Source of the DNA: Nitrosopumilus sp.
Lineage (GTDB): Archaea; Thermoproteota; Nitrososphaeria; Nitrososphaerales; Nitrosopumilaceae
NCBI GenBank assembly: GCA_965207445.1
Contig: CBDBLX010000002.1
Coordinates: 160,001 to 224,000 of the forward strand
DNA: 64,000 bases
Direction of reading: 5' to 3'
Position numbers and translations under genes: made by a program. Position 1 is the first letter of the stretch. The number at the start of each line of letters is the position of its first letter. Shown here piece after piece: positions 62,874-64,000 of the stretch. Under the pieces are notes generated by a model. It was not told the origin of the DNA, searched no databases, and worked only from the letters and a program-made list of their open reading frames with translations.

Positions 62874-63023
62874 ATGATGAAGTTTGATTCCATAAAGATG
62901 CAAGAACTAGTCAAGGTTATAGATCCTGACCCTGATGGTGGTGTGACGCTTGTGTTTCAAAATGATCAAACCTTAAAGATCACGATAACTGATAATGGTA
63001 CTCTGAGATCAGAGTTTGCCTAG
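62874..63023 (+). CDS. 49-aa microprotein, paralogue of the previous gene
   Basis: MMKFDSIKMQELVKVIDPDPDGGVTLVFQNDQTLKITITDNGTLRSEFA. Confidence 0.7.
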   Translation: MMKFDSIKMQELVKVIDPDPDGGVTLVFQNDQTLKITITDNGTLRSEFA

Positions 63024-63049
63024 TTTATGGTTTTATCGACAGTTATAAT

Positions 63050-63553
63050 TCAATTCTCTTTTGACATTTGCTCAAAATATACTATTGCATCTTCTTGCAC
63101 TGTAGACTGGATTGAGCCTGGTCTTTTGTTCCTTATCTCCCTTATCGCATCAACTGCTGTGTATCCTGCATACTTTATCAAATAACATGCCAAGACTGTC
63201 CCTGCTCTTCCCATACCTGCTGCACAGTGCACCATCACTTGATTCCCTGCTTTGATCTGCTCTTCAATGAAATCAGTTGCATTGTTTAATCGTTCATACT
63301 TTGGTGCTGTCAAGTCTGGTGTTGGGACATGCAGGTATTTTGTATCATATGCAGTAATCCATTCTGATGGGAGGGCATCTTCTGTCATTGTAACAATGGA
63401 TGTGACACCTTGTGATAGTATCCACTCAAACTCTTCTCTTGTCGTAGGTTTGCCTGACCCTGCAAGCTTGTCATCGATAACCCATGAAAAGTTAGTAGGT
63501 TTTTTAACTATATGGCCATGTACTTTTCTCCATATGTTTCCTGGCCTGCTCAT
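63050..63553 (-). CDS. Dual-specificity protein phosphatase
   Basis: VHCAAGMGRAG, RPGSIQ. Confidence 0.94.
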   Translation of the reverse strand: MSRPGNIWRKVHGHIVKKPTNFSWVIDDKLAGSGKPTTREEFEWILSQGVTSIVTMTEDALPSEWITAYDTKYLHVPTPDLTAPKYERLNNATDFIEEQIKAGNQVMVHCAAGMGRAGTVLACYLIKYAGYTAVDAIREIRNKRPGSIQSTVQEDAIVYFEQMSKEN

Positions 63554-63580
63554 AATTGGGTGCTATTTGGTCGTTCATTT

Positions 63581-64000
63581 TTACTTTTTGTTGTTGTTGT
63601 TGTTGTTATCTATGGCTAATGCTCTGACAGGTGAGCCGCTTGTGTCTTTGAGATTTAATGGGAGTGCCATAAAATCAAACTCAGTTGAGCGTATTTTTTG
63701 AAGATTTGCCAAGTTTTCTACTATTGGTATTCCTGCTTTTGTCAATATGAGATGAGCTGGAAACTTTGAATCTCTTCCTATATCGATGCTAGGTGAGTCT
63801 ATACCGATCACACGTGTATTTTTTGACACAAGATAATTTGCAGCTGATTTGGCAAGTCCAGGATTTTCTGTAAAGTAATCTTTTTTCCGCAAATGTTCTC
63901 TTTGCCATCCTGTATAAAATATGACTATATGTTGTTGTGGTATGTTGCATTTTCGTTCCTCCTCAAAAGATCTTATATCATCTTTGGTAATTGCATAATT
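63581..64000 (-). CDS. Cyclase/kynurenine formamidase-family protein (5' end outside the window)
   Basis: FYTGW, PGL, IGIDSPSID, H, VENL, GSPVRA. Confidence 0.88.
   Translation of the reverse strand, partial: NYAITKDDIRSFEEERKCNIPQQHIVIFYTGWQREHLRKKDYFTENPGLAKSAANYLVSKNTRVIGIDSPSIDIGRDSKFPAHLILTKAGIPIVENLANLQKIRSTEFDFMALPLNLKDTSGSPVRALAIDNNNNNNKK

Overview
Archaeal DNA from an ammonia-oxidising Thaumarchaeota/Nitrosopumilaceae-type genome. The lineage is inferred from TFB, thermosome, CdvB, GINS, PCNA, Rpo11, TFS, BluB/CbiH, an MtrA-like protein and a CFI-box-CTERM protein. Heavy IS/MITE load, pseudogenes and low-complexity insertions suggest a host-associated lineage (inference). A housekeeping backbone with three tRNAs (Pro-GGG, Arg-CCT with a D-loop intron, Val-GAC) is broken by accessory blocks at about 3.3-9.7, 18.4-21.0, 28.3-29.1, 34.9-36.2, 37.25-47.3 and 59.2-60.7 kb. 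Two nested IS pairs can be resolved to the base: IS66 inside an IS5-like element, and IS6 inside ISH3. Three MITE families are present. The most striking signal is two transposase-free composite units in which MITE ends bracket cargo genes and share a target-site duplication. One carries a 750-aa surface protein (perfect 8-bp TSD ATTTTATC); the other carries a toxin-antitoxin-like block. Other highlights are a strongly base-paired ~130-nt candidate ncRNA, a family of secreted proteins with a shared putative prodomain and small membrane partner genes, and two tandem ~50-aa paralogues missed by the ORF track. All calls come from reading the sequence by eye; no database searches were run.
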